A stretch of 59,012 nucleotides of DNA from positions 1-59,012 of the forward strand of contig CAITOC010000012.1 in NCBI GenBank assembly GCA_903893925.1. The letters run 5' to 3'. The DNA comes from Candidatus Moraniibacteriota bacterium. Its GTDB lineage: Bacteria > Patescibacteriota > Minisyncoccia > Moranbacterales > UBA1568. This document shows, piece by piece, positions 19,229 through 28,594 of the stretch. How positions within the stretch are numbered: position 1 is the stretch's first letter; the number at the start of each line of letters is the position of its first letter. The position numbers and the translations under genes are program-made. The notes beneath the pieces were generated by a model that was not told the origin of the DNA, did no database searches, and was given only the letters and a program-made list of their open reading frames with translations.

Positions 19229-19891
19229 ATGTCCATGCGTCTGAACATAGTAAAAGAACCCGGTGATACCAGTATCGCCATCGGAGACCGGATCAGCCTC
19301 ACGGTCGTACGTACATTTCCCGAACTGGAAGATAGTCCGCTCATCTTCCAAACCCCGCTCCACCAAGAAATCATTATGCAGCGCGAGCTCCTTCTCACGT
19401 TAGGCGATACCTATCATGCGGATGTGATTGATGTTGAAGATACCAGATGCCCCCTAATAGTCGATGGCGTCGATTACAGCATTGTGGAAATTACCGTCGC
19501 GAACTTCATGATTGGCGCGTACAGTGAGGATATCGTTCTTCGCGGAGAACACCTGATCAAACAGGTCATCCTCGAAAATGCCGTCTACGAAGAAATGATA
19601 CCCGTGACGGTCAGGGGACAGATGTACCGCTACGATTACGTTCCCGGTGGGATCGTAAATATAAAAGAGGTCTATGTCGGAGAATTCCTATTTTGCCAAA
19701 TATTGGCATCAGATGAAGCAGTCAAAGGGACGATGACTGACAGTCTCAAAAAGTTCCTGCCGGAAATAAGTTTTCATGCCTATCTGGAACTCGGAACACT
19801 CGGATACGACGACTGGGAAACGATAAAACAGTTGTACAAATTTCCAGTCCGCCAAGGAAAAAAATATCAAATCGACTCCGGGGTCTGTTGA
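19229..19891 (+). CDS. Hypothetical protein
   Basis: 220-aa ORF; promoter TTGACT (19169)-N17-TATAAT (19192). Confidence 0.65.
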   Translation: MSMRLNIVKEPGDTSIAIGDRISLTVVRTFPELEDSPLIFQTPLHQEIIMQRELLLTLGDTYHADVIDVEDTRCPLIVDGVDYSIVEITVANFMIGAYSEDIVLRGEHLIKQVILENAVYEEMIPVTVRGQMYRYDYVPGGIVNIKEVYVGEFLFCQILASDEAVKGTMTDSLKKFLPEISFHAYLELGTLGYDDWETIKQLYKFPVRQGKKYQIDSGVC

Positions 19892-20016
19892 AGAAGCCAA
19901 AACGACTCCGGACAGCAAACGTTCATACGATTCATAGCGAAGCTCGCTCTGGATCGTATTTTTTTGTTCACACATCGGATTTGTATAAAGCAAAATACCA
20001 AATGATGGCGCCACAC

Positions 20017-20074
20017 AAAAAACAAGCCTCCAGTAAAGCCTGGAGGTTCGAACTCATTTTCCGGTCGTACCTGC
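20017..20074 (-). pseudogene. Remnant 3' end plus terminator of a paralog of gene 22591-23160
   Basis: 51/58 nt identical to 22554-22611; reads ..AGTTGK* versus ..ASTTGI*. Confidence 0.6.
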
Positions 20075-20191
20075 TTGGGCCGTTGACAGCTTGGGCCGAT
20101 GCGGTTGACACTACAAAGAATATATGATTTTATAAAAGTCTAGTTGAAGTGAAAATGATATTTTACAAAGAACCAAAATGGGAAGGCTACT

Positions 20192-20635
20192 ATGGATACT
20201 AAAGTATCGGATGGAAACGGGAGTCTCATTCCACGTCTCTCAATGGAGGAATTATCGAGGCGTTTCAAACAAATAAAACCGGTCGTCTATCTCGAGAATT
20301 ATAATGGCAATCCCGGGAATCACATGTATTACCTCGACATCGATTTGTTCAATATTGCCGACACGGCCCACTTGACACCCTTAAAACCGGCACCGGACCT
20401 GGGATTATTCATGATCATCTACGTACGCTGTTCGAAAGAACCTGTCGGATATATCAATCCGTCAGTCGAAGAAATACTATGCCAGATTCCCGAACAATAT
20501 GTAAACGATACGGTTGCGTTTTCAATCGGACCTGGCGGGATGACGATTCATTTCGCTCCGGTGTTCCTGGAAATCCATGACGACTACCGAGTTGCGACCG
20601 TGTTCCTCTATCGCGCAATGCGCATGCCGACCTAA
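20192..20635 (+). CDS. Hypothetical protein
   Basis: 147-aa ORF followed by terminator AAAATCCTCAGAC..GTCTGAGGATTTTTTTT (~20655-20690). Confidence 0.6.
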   Translation: MDTKVSDGNGSLIPRLSMEELSRRFKQIKPVVYLENYNGNPGNHMYYLDIDLFNIADTAHLTPLKPAPDLGLFMIIYVRCSKEPVGYINPSVEEILCQIPEQYVNDTVAFSIGPGGMTIHFAPVFLEIHDDYRVATVFLYRAMRMPT

Positions 20636-20784
20636 TAAAAGCGTATCATTACGCAAAATCCTCAGACGTTAATGTCTGAGGATTTTTTTTGGACCAAAAA
20701 AAGGGTCAAGTACATTTATTCCATCTTTCACCCAATTTTCCTCCCATATTCCCCCATTGTAAAGCGGATCCGACCCGCAAAAAA

Positions 20785-21658
20785 CGAAACGAGAGCATTT
20801 CCCTTCCCATAAATGTGTCATGAACGGACGGCCGTCGGCTCATGACACTGAGCCAACGAAGCCTTCTTGCGACTGAAAAATTTTCGTTTCAGGTCCAATT
20901 CATTGTCCAGCCAGGAAACTGTCATGATCCTGACAAACGGTTCCGCATCATACAGCCGTATCAGCTCCGCAAACGGTTTCTCGTACGGGTATGGCGACAC
21001 GAACACGCTTTGCTGAAGCTGATGGAATTCCGCGTCGTGCAGATGCTCGCGCAAAATAGCACGGAACGACCGACTTTTCTCTGGAATGTCGAAGGACACT
21101 ACGCGCCATTTTCCATCCCAGGTTTTCGGTCTCTTAAGCCGTATACTCGGACCAAAAAGACTCAGGGACCGCGCCTTCCGATTCCCTTCAGCCGTAAGCA
21201 TGAAATTGACCGACCCATCCGGCAAGCGTTTTTCCGTAACGAGTTTATGTTCGGAAAGACGCCTCAAGATACGATTCATACCTCTGCGATCGATCTTCTT
21301 CCATTCCTTCCGGAGTTCCGAAAACAACCTAACCTGCTGCACGATCGTACGCGGACCACCGAGTGCGATGAGAGCGAGGAGAATGAGAAGTGTCTTTTGT
21401 TGTATCGGTCCCAATCGATTCATAATACTTTTTTCTGTTAGCACAAAATGACCCGAGCTGACGGCCGTCCGCTCATGCCACCACCGAGGTATCGCAGGCC
21501 TGATACATCAAACATTGATCGGCTCTCTTTCTCCATTCTTTCGATTTTATTTTCCTCCAATATTCACACGCTGTAAAGCGAATTTCAGAATTTCGAAACG
21601 AGAGCATTTCCCTTCCCATAAATGTGTCATGAACGGACGGCCGTCGACTCATGACACT
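20785..21658. repeat. 65-bp direct repeats (20785-20849, 21594-21658) bracketing the PaaX/Cas2-like gene
   Basis: CGAAACGAGAGCATTTCCCTTCCCATAAATGTGTCATGAACGGACGGCCGTCG(G/A)CTCATGACACT, one mismatch. Confidence 0.9.
20818..21423 (-). CDS. PaaX-like wHTH protein with Cas2-like domain (orphan, no CRISPR)
   Basis: wHTH (RILRRL..LV..FMLTAEG) followed by WDGKWRVVSFDIPE..R..LR..L...FHQLQQSVFVSPYP. Confidence 0.85.
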   Translation of the reverse strand: MNRLGPIQQKTLLILLALIALGGPRTIVQQVRLFSELRKEWKKIDRRGMNRILRRLSEHKLVTEKRLPDGSVNFMLTAEGNRKARSLSLFGPSIRLKRPKTWDGKWRVVSFDIPEKSRSFRAILREHLHDAEFHQLQQSVFVSPYPYEKPFAELIRLYDAEPFVRIMTVSWLDNELDLKRKFFSRKKASLAQCHEPTAVRS

Positions 21659-21686
21659 ATCGAAGACCATGACTCCGGCAATGGAA

Positions 21687-21825
21687 CTCCTCGCGGCAAG
21701 CCGCGAGGTATCCCCCGACTTGTCATTCCGGACTTGCCACGTCGTTCGCGAACGACGTGGCTTGATCCGGAATCCAGTCCCGCCTGGCGGGACCTGTCCG
21801 CGGCAAGCCGCGGGGTATTAGACCC
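21687..21825. repeat. Nested cluster of REP-like palindromes
   Basis: CGCGGCAAGCCGCG x2, GTCATTCCGGACTTG..ATCCGGAATCCAG interrupted by CCACGTCGTTCGCGAACGACGTGG, GTCCCGCCTGGCGGGAC. Confidence 0.75.
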
Positions 21826-21965
21826 GGAGAAGAGAATCAATGGGTCAACCGTCGCGATTCCCATGCCTTCCTAAATTCCTTTTCTTTCATTTGCCCCGAT
21901 CATAAAGCGAATTTCGAAAGAGCAATACAAAGAAAAAGCGACCCGGATTGGTCGCCTTTCACTTC

Positions 21966-22466
21966 CTACACGATCTCGACGAACTGGTCCTTGGGGACAT
22001 GACAGATCGGACAGGTGTCCGGTGCTACGCCGATGACCGTATGCCCACAGACGGGGCAGACAAATATTTTCAGGTCCGCGATATCGTGTCCTGCTTTGAT
22101 CGCTTCGAGTGCCTGCTGATACAGATCGTGATGTTCCTGTTCAACCGTATTTGCATTGGAGAACGATTGCAATGCAGCCGCGTTTCCTTCGGCTTCCGCG
22201 GCGGTGATGAACTCCGGATACATCTCCGTGAACTCGTAGTGTTCACCCGCTATCGCCGCCTCCAGGTTCGAAGACGTGTCCTTGATACCGCCGGCAGCGC
22301 GCAGGTGCGCATGAGCATGGACCGTCTCGGCCTCGGCCACCGCGCGGAACAGCTTTGCGATCCCGGAATACCCCTCGGTTTCGGCCTGCTTCGCGAACGC
22401 GAGGTACCGTCGATTCGCCTGACTTTCACCCGCGAACGCCGCCATCAGGTTTTCTTGTGTCGCCAT
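21966..22466 (-). CDS. rbr: Rubrerythrin
   Basis: AFAGESQANRRY, ETVH, EQEH diiron ligands, C-terminal CPVC..CPIC rubredoxin-like site. Confidence 0.93.
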   Translation of the reverse strand: MATQENLMAAFAGESQANRRYLAFAKQAETEGYSGIAKLFRAVAEAETVHAHAHLRAAGGIKDTSSNLEAAIAGEHYEFTEMYPEFITAAEAEGNAAALQSFSNANTVEQEHHDLYQQALEAIKAGHDIADLKIFVCPVCGHTVIGVAPDTCPICHVPKDQFVEIV

Positions 22467-22590
22467 AGGATTTGCTTCAATGATTACACCGCCTTCCCAT
22501 TCTCCTCCTATATGCGGTCACTGTAAAGCGAAATACGAATGATTACACCTCATAAAAAACAAGCCTCCAGTATTGTCTGGAGGCTTGAAC

Positions 22591-23160
22591 TCATATTCCG
22601 GTCGTACTTGCCCGCTTCATAGCGACGGCGTTCTCGAAAAGGTGACAGACGATACCACCGATGACTTCCTGCATATTGTCGTGATAACCGGCGTCGATCT
22701 CTTCTATCGTCTTCGGGTCGACCAGGGCGATATACTTCGCCTTCGGGAAGTACCAGTAGTATTCCCGGGAGTCGAAGACGACGAGGACGATATGTTTTCG
22801 GATACCGAATACCTCCGCAAAAAACATCGGCATTCTTTTGTTGATATCCACATCCCGGTCCTCGTCATCGCTTGATCGGCGGTTCAAAGTGATCACCGTC
22901 AATTTGATTCCCGTCTTGTGGCGAAGAGAACGCGCCACCCGGTTCACGCCGGCAAGGTATGTCTTGTCCGGAATCAATCCGGCACCATCGACGACGTACT
23001 TCCCTCGATGTTCCTGGCGAATATATTTCGTATGGATCCATTTCACCGTGGACAGCCGATGCCGTTCCGGGTATTGACACCCTTCTGCCGTCACAACGGT
23101 GAGAAACGAAAGAGGCAGACACACAAGAAACACCGCGATAAAAATCCTGAGTTGCTTCAT
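22591..23160 (-). CDS. Secreted hypothetical protein, TPM-domain-like
   Basis: Signal peptide; YVVDGAGLI..L...TGIKLTVITL pattern. Confidence 0.55.
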   Translation of the reverse strand: MKQLRIFIAVFLVCLPLSFLTVVTAEGCQYPERHRLSTVKWIHTKYIRQEHRGKYVVDGAGLIPDKTYLAGVNRVARSLRHKTGIKLTVITLNRRSSDDEDRDVDINKRMPMFFAEVFGIRKHIVLVVFDSREYYWYFPKAKYIALVDPKTIEEIDAGYHDNMQEVIGGIVCHLFENAVAMKRASTTGI

Positions 23161-23334
23161 GGGAACTCCTTTTGGGATAGGTGGTTGTTAAAGTATGGAC
23201 ACTAACAGAAGAACATACTATAAAACGGCGACGATGTCGAGCCAACTCGATCAACGCCTTGACTTTTCCCTTTCTATCGCCTAATATACGGATGAAATCA
23301 AATCACTCTCGTTCATTCAAACCAGGAGATCGCG

Positions 23335-23748
23335 ATGCCCACATACCTTATCCAAGGGTTCTTTTTTCGAAACGGCGAACGGGGTGCGTTCGCTCATCTT
23401 CCCCAAAACGATGCTATCGCACTTCGGACGGGCATACTCCGATATCTGTATTCCGGAGTAATTTTTCCAGATCTGAATAATCTGTCCACCTTACTCGTCG
23501 GCGAACTGGAAGATAATTATGACATAGCCGACCTATCCGAGATAACCGTCACGGAAGATGCGATACGGTTCGTCAAAACGTATCGGACCATCCAGGATAT
23601 CATCACCTATCAGCTGGAACGCAAAGACGGATACTGGGAAGGAACGTGGACCAACGTCACAAGGCCGGACCGAATCGAAACGGGAATAACGCGATGCGTC
23701 GTCACCCACGTACCCGATGAATTTTTCGTCCTTCCAAAACAGGAGTGA
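23335..23748 (+). CDS. Hypothetical protein
   Basis: RBS AGGAG; promoter TTGACT (23259)-N17-TAATAT. Confidence 0.6.
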   Translation: MPTYLIQGFFFRNGERGAFAHLPQNDAIALRTGILRYLYSGVIFPDLNNLSTLLVGELEDNYDIADLSEITVTEDAIRFVKTYRTIQDIITYQLERKDGYWEGTWTNVTRPDRIETGITRCVVTHVPDEFFVLPKQE

Positions 23749-23888
23749 TACGGAATTAACCTCATTTGTTCCAATTTGCTCTTCCAAAGCTTCGCTCCGT
23801 CCCAATGTGGCATTGATCTCGTTATCGCTTGGCATTTCGAAATCCCCGCACGAATAACATGCGGGGATTTTTATGTGTGAATATACCG

Positions 23889-24215
23889 TTACTTCTTCCG
23901 CTTCGGTTCGGGAAGGCCGTCGACGGTGATACGGATCAGCTCGGACAACCGCTCCCGGTCCTCGAGCAGATCATCGTCGATTTCCATCGCTGGTTTGGCA
24001 CCGGGATACGGGAAGCCTTCCCGGTATGAGTCCCCGACGAACGTTTTTCCTTCCTCAGTGATTTTGACGAAAAGCGTGTCGTCACAAATGAGAGCGACCA
24101 CCTTGCCATCGTAGTAGAGTGCGTATTCGCCGAACATCTTGCGCATGGATACATTCTCGTTGAGCGAAACGAGCTGATCCAGGATATACTCTGCGGTCGA
24201 TTGTTTGGTCGACAT
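23889..24215 (-). CDS. TfoX/Sxy N-terminal domain protein
   Basis: RKMFGEYALYYDGKVVALICDDTLFVK, PYPGAK. Confidence 0.88.
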   Translation of the reverse strand: MSTKQSTAEYILDQLVSLNENVSMRKMFGEYALYYDGKVVALICDDTLFVKITEEGKTFVGDSYREGFPYPGAKPAMEIDDDLLEDRERLSELIRITVDGLPEPKRKK

Positions 24216-24358
24216 AGCTTTTATTTGCTTTCCGGAGCTAAGCTCTTATTCGAAGTTTGACTCCGCCTTCTTTTTGGCAACGGAAAAATCGTACGTATAG
24301 GCGCCATACCGCAAACGGAAACAAAAATCGACGGTCTGCCTGAGAGAAATCGGGTCAT

Positions 24359-25717
24359 CTATCGAATCGGTATACTGCAGCCGATATCGGCACGTGTCGC
24401 CTTGTCACACTCCGTATTTTCGAGTTTTTGACGCACGGAATTCATATTCGACACGAAGAGAAGTGCTATGATCGCACCGGCCACCCACGCATACCGTTTC
24501 GGAAATCGTCTCGTCAGCCACTCAAGCACGAAGGAGAGGAAGATGAACGGCATGAACGCGATCGGCAGGTAATACCGCATCCGAGATCCGGGGGCAATCG
24601 GTATCATCACGAGGAAATAGAGTATTCCATAAAGAAGGACCAGACCCCATGCTTGTTTTCCAGATTCATTCGCGGTCAGAAGTCGATATATCAGGAATCC
24701 GTACCCAAGAACCGAAAACGACAGAAGGGCCACAAGTCCGGCTATTGACAAAGGGTCTGTCTGAAATACGATCGGGGTCTTATATGTCGGACTGATCACA
24801 AGCGGATCATAGAGGATATTGCAGATATTCTTGTTGCCCAAAGACGACAGGATATGTACGTTCGCCTGAGCGTTGCACGCGAGGTCGAGTTTCACTCCCT
24901 TCACGAAACTGCCCCCGGTCCGTTCCGACTTGAACAGGAACGCCGAGAAGAAAGTCTTCGTATTGGCAAGCCCGGTTTTCTGTTCGCTTATGAACTGCCC
25001 CGTGTTCAAGGACAATGCGATCAGGACCACTACGGCGCATTTCCGCCAAGTGCGCTTGTCGAGAAAGAGAATGAAAGCGAATACGATCGCCGACATCGCC
25101 GGCAGGAGGAGGAGCAAAATCGCATGCAGTTGCACACCGACACCGAGCGCGATGCCGATTCCCACGATCCATTTCCACGATGCTTTTCCTTTCTCCTCCA
25201 GGAACCCGACGAGAGAATGCAGGTACAAAAGGACAAAGAACGGGATGAGGTTCACGTTCCAGGCAAAACGGGAATACTCGATGGAAAAATAGGAGAAGAC
25301 AAAGACCGACGTGGAGAGGAGCGACACCTTTTCGTCGAAATACCGCCGGAGGAAGCGATAGAGGAGCGGGATGGAGAGAATGGAAAACAATACGTCGGGA
25401 TACGCCTGCTGTGTCGGACCGACTCCGAAGAGCTTTGCCGAGACGATTTGGAAAGAGTAGTAGATGGCGCCGAGCCGGAAGCCACGACCGCCTGTCATGT
25501 CGGGCCCCAGAAGTGGCCAGGAGGCATTGTCATTCACCACGTCTGAGACGATCTTGAGGTCACGTGCCTGATCGCTTGCGAACACCAAAAGTTCCTGAAA
25601 ATGATAGATACGAAAAAATATCCCGACCAGGATCAGGACGACGAGTATCCACGTATGGGATCGCGCCTGTTTCAGTTTTCCGAAAGAATCTGCAGCAAAT
25701 GACCTGATCGATGTCAT
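24359..25717 (-). CDS. GT-C fold (ArnT/PMT-like, GT39/83) membrane glycosyltransferase
   Basis: DQARD, PLLGP, YSRFAWNVN, QLH motifs; many TMs. Confidence 0.82.
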   Translation of the reverse strand: MTSIRSFAADSFGKLKQARSHTWILVVLILVGIFFRIYHFQELLVFASDQARDLKIVSDVVNDNASWPLLGPDMTGGRGFRLGAIYYSFQIVSAKLFGVGPTQQAYPDVLFSILSIPLLYRFLRRYFDEKVSLLSTSVFVFSYFSIEYSRFAWNVNLIPFFVLLYLHSLVGFLEEKGKASWKWIVGIGIALGVGVQLHAILLLLLPAMSAIVFAFILFLDKRTWRKCAVVVLIALSLNTGQFISEQKTGLANTKTFFSAFLFKSERTGGSFVKGVKLDLACNAQANVHILSSLGNKNICNILYDPLVISPTYKTPIVFQTDPLSIAGLVALLSFSVLGYGFLIYRLLTANESGKQAWGLVLLYGILYFLVMIPIAPGSRMRYYLPIAFMPFIFLSFVLEWLTRRFPKRYAWVAGAIIALLFVSNMNSVRQKLENTECDKATRADIGCSIPIR

Positions 25718-25736
25718 AATACTCCTTTCACCCGGA

Positions 25737-27128
25737 TTACTTCCCACGAAAAAACGAGTAGAACAGTACGAGTGCCGCAAGCGCCATCAGCACGAATGCG
25801 AGCCGGACAAAAAAATTCGATATCTTGCCGTTCTTATACTCGCCCATGACAGCGGTATTGTTGCCGACCTTGGCAATCACGAAGAGCAGCGGTACGGCGG
25901 CGATACCGTTGAACACAGCCGTGAAGACAAGCGCTTTGATCGGATCGAGTCCGATGAAGTTCATCATGAGGCCGACCACGGTCGCAAGGATGATGATACC
26001 ATAAAATCCCTTCGCCTTCCTAAACTTCCGATACAGGCCCTCTTTCCAGCCGAGTGCCTCACTGAGTGCGTACGAGGACGAACCGGCCAAGACCGGCACT
26101 GCCAGAAGGCCGAGTCCGAGTATGCCGACCGAGAAAATAAGTTTCGCCACGAGACCGGAATTCGGAAAGTTCTGGACCAACGGTTCGAGTGCCTGCGCGG
26201 CATCGGCGGCCGAATTGATTTCCGTGATGCCGGCGGCATGCAGGGTCGAAGCGCACGCGATCACGATGAACCAGGCCGTCAGACTGGCGAGCGTCATACC
26301 GACGAAATTGTCGAGTTGCAAATTGCGGAGGAACCTGCCGGTCGCCTTGGGCACCGTGCCGATCTGTGTCCGGTTGCGATGCATGATCTCTTCCTCGACC
26401 ACTTCCGACGTGTCCCAGAAGAACAGGTACGGCGAGATGGTCGTCCCGAGCATACCGACGAAAATGTACATCGTGTCGAAATCGATCTTTGGAGTGAGCG
26501 TGAACGTGTTGTGAAACACCTCCACCCAGTTCTGACCGACCACGAATGCCGTCACCGGATAGGCCAGAAGCGCCACGGCAAGCCATTTCAATATCTTCGC
26601 GTATGTCTTGTAGCTCACGAGCACTACCAAAAGTACGATGATGACGGCATAGAAGATCGCAAGGAGCGAGAACGGGAGATTGACGAACAACTGAGTCGTC
26701 GCTGCCATCGCACCGAGATCGGAACCGATATTGACCGTATTGGCGGCTACGACAAGCGCGACCGACATGAAAAGCAGCTTCTTGCTATAGTGTTCCTTGA
26801 TGACCGCAGCCAGTCCCTTGCCGGTGATCGCACCGATACGCGAACAGCTTTCCTGCACCGCCAGGAGGAATGGGTACATGAGCGGGAACGACCATAAGAG
26901 TCCGAGGCCATATCCGGCTCCGGCCTGCGAATAGGTCGCGATTCCCGACGGATCGTCGTCTGCCGCACCCGTCACCAGACCGGGACCCAGGATATGCAAA
27001 AATCGGCTGTACCGTTTCCGGTTCAGCATGTTCTTCTTGATATTGCGTGCCAGCCTTTCGGTTCTGGTCAGTTTCCGATGCGTTCCCGTCTTCACCGCCT
27101 GTTCGGGAAGATCCGATACTTCACTCAT
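25737..27128 (-). CDS. Nramp-related divalent metal transporter
   Basis: GPGLVTGAADDDPSGIATYSQAG, GTTISPYLFFW. Confidence 0.88.
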   Translation of the reverse strand: MSEVSDLPEQAVKTGTHRKLTRTERLARNIKKNMLNRKRYSRFLHILGPGLVTGAADDDPSGIATYSQAGAGYGLGLLWSFPLMYPFLLAVQESCSRIGAITGKGLAAVIKEHYSKKLLFMSVALVVAANTVNIGSDLGAMAATTQLFVNLPFSLLAIFYAVIIVLLVVLVSYKTYAKILKWLAVALLAYPVTAFVVGQNWVEVFHNTFTLTPKIDFDTMYIFVGMLGTTISPYLFFWDTSEVVEEEIMHRNRTQIGTVPKATGRFLRNLQLDNFVGMTLASLTAWFIVIACASTLHAAGITEINSAADAAQALEPLVQNFPNSGLVAKLIFSVGILGLGLLAVPVLAGSSSYALSEALGWKEGLYRKFRKAKGFYGIIILATVVGLMMNFIGLDPIKALVFTAVFNGIAAVPLLFVIAKVGNNTAVMGEYKNGKISNFFVRLAFVLMALAALVLFYSFFRGK

Positions 27129-27235
27129 AGCGGTCTTTTTCACTGTATCCCCAGTTTACTACAACCCCCGCATTCGCAAAAGCAACCGTTCTCTCTGAAG
27201 ACAAATGGCAGTGCGTCCAACGGCATAGCCTGCAA

Positions 27236-27847
27236 TCAAACATTCGTAAACAGGTCTTCCTTGGGGAAGCGGGTCTTGGAGCGGGCTGGGCCTTCGGCGC
27301 GATAGCCGAGCGGCAAAAGCAGGACCGGGGTGAAAATCTCGGGCAGATCGAATATATCCTTGATAGCGGCGAAGTCGCACCCTTCCATGGGACATGAATC
27401 AATCTCGAGCTCGGCCGCGGCGGCCATGGCGAACCCGAGCGCGATATAGGTCTGCTTCGCGGCCCACTCCGCCCCAGTAGCCCCTTCGTACCGTCCGGCC
27501 ATCTGCCGGAACCGCTCGGCGATCTTTACGGCTTTCTCGGACCCCGACTCGTCGCCGAACGACAATTTCATATACGCGTCGATACGATCCAGGATATCCG
27601 TCCGCGAGAAGAAGACGAACACGTGCGAGGCATCCGCCGGTTGCGGCTGCCCGTACGAGGCTTCCTGGAGTTTTTTCTTGATTTCGACATCCGTCACGAC
27701 CACGACATGGAACGGCTGCAAACCGTAGGCCGACGGAGTCAGACGGATCGCCGTAAGAATCTTCCCGACCGACTCGTCGGAGAGCTTCTTTTCTGGATCG
27801 AACTTCTTTGTCGAGAACCGCCACTCGAGCTGTGTAAGGAAGGACAT
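27236..27847 (-). CDS. Nitroreductase family NAD(P)H oxidoreductase
   Basis: WRFSTKKFD, PSAYGLQP, IDSCPMEG, LGYR, K.R. Confidence 0.92.
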   Translation of the reverse strand: MSFLTQLEWRFSTKKFDPEKKLSDESVGKILTAIRLTPSAYGLQPFHVVVVTDVEIKKKLQEASYGQPQPADASHVFVFFSRTDILDRIDAYMKLSFGDESGSEKAVKIAERFRQMAGRYEGATGAEWAAKQTYIALGFAMAAAAELEIDSCPMEGCDFAAIKDIFDLPEIFTPVLLLPLGYRAEGPARSKTRFPKEDLFTNV

Positions 27848-27869
27848 AGGAGAAGAAGTCAGGAGTTAG

Positions 27870-27932
27870 TAGTGAATAGTGAGTAGTAAGTAGTAAGTAG
27901 TAAGTAGTAAGTAGTAAGTAGTAAGTAGTAAG
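27870..27932. repeat. Heptamer tandem repeat (TAGTAAG)7 plus two degenerate units
   Basis: Seven perfect copies at 27884-27932, preceded by TAGTGAA TAGTGAG. Confidence 0.95.
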
Positions 27933-27991
27933 GAATTAGGAATCGGTCAGGGAACAATATAACAATACGACCATGCAACAATGTATCCGTC

Positions 27992-28561
27992 TCAGGACTT
28001 CAGCAGGAGATGCCCGAGGAAGGTGAGGAACAGGAGGAATATGCCGACGAAGAACTGCGAATGGAGAAGATAATTCCCCTTTTTTACGCCCGACGGTACG
28101 TTTTGCAGTTCCATGACCATGCCGGTAATACCCTCCGCGAGGATGAGGACCAGGATGGCGTACAGGAACACGTTATCACGCAGGCTATTCGTGAAGGCGC
28201 AATGAAGGAACACCGAGGAGACGGCAATGATACCGAAATACGGATGTGTCCGGTTCAACAGCAAGAGGAGTTTTCCCGAAAGCGATTTCATCTCGACAAG
28301 GTCGACGCCGAGCGGTTCCAGACGGGTCCACAGATTGCCTTTCATGAGAAGGAGTTTGAACACGGTCCGTCCATAAAGCGTCGCAAGCGAAAGCATAGCG
28401 ATGCCTCCGAGGAATTTCCCGAATTCATTCGTGATCGAACGACGCGGGATAGCCGCAGGCCCGCCGATCGAATAGACGTACCAGAGACCGAAAACCGTCG
28501 CGACCGTGACGACGATCGCGAACAGGAAGAATGGCAGTTTTTTCCGGGTTATTGGGTTCAT
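27992..28561 (-). CDS. Membrane protein with paired His in TM helices
   Basis: About five TMs; H-x13-H and H-x16-H. Confidence 0.65.
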   Translation of the reverse strand: MNPITRKKLPFFLFAIVVTVATVFGLWYVYSIGGPAAIPRRSITNEFGKFLGGIAMLSLATLYGRTVFKLLLMKGNLWTRLEPLGVDLVEMKSLSGKLLLLLNRTHPYFGIIAVSSVFLHCAFTNSLRDNVFLYAILVLILAEGITGMVMELQNVPSGVKKGNYLLHSQFFVGIFLLFLTFLGHLLLKS

Positions 28562-28594
28562 GCTTCGATTATAACAGAATGCTCAGGAATACGC

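Noticed and set aside
18092..21658. CRISPR array associated with the Cas2-like gene
   Set aside because: Repeats are irregularly spaced and separated by whole genes; no equal-length spacers and no cas1 or other cas genes
12000..23900. Prophage
   Set aside because: No terminase, capsid, tail, integrase or replication genes recognised
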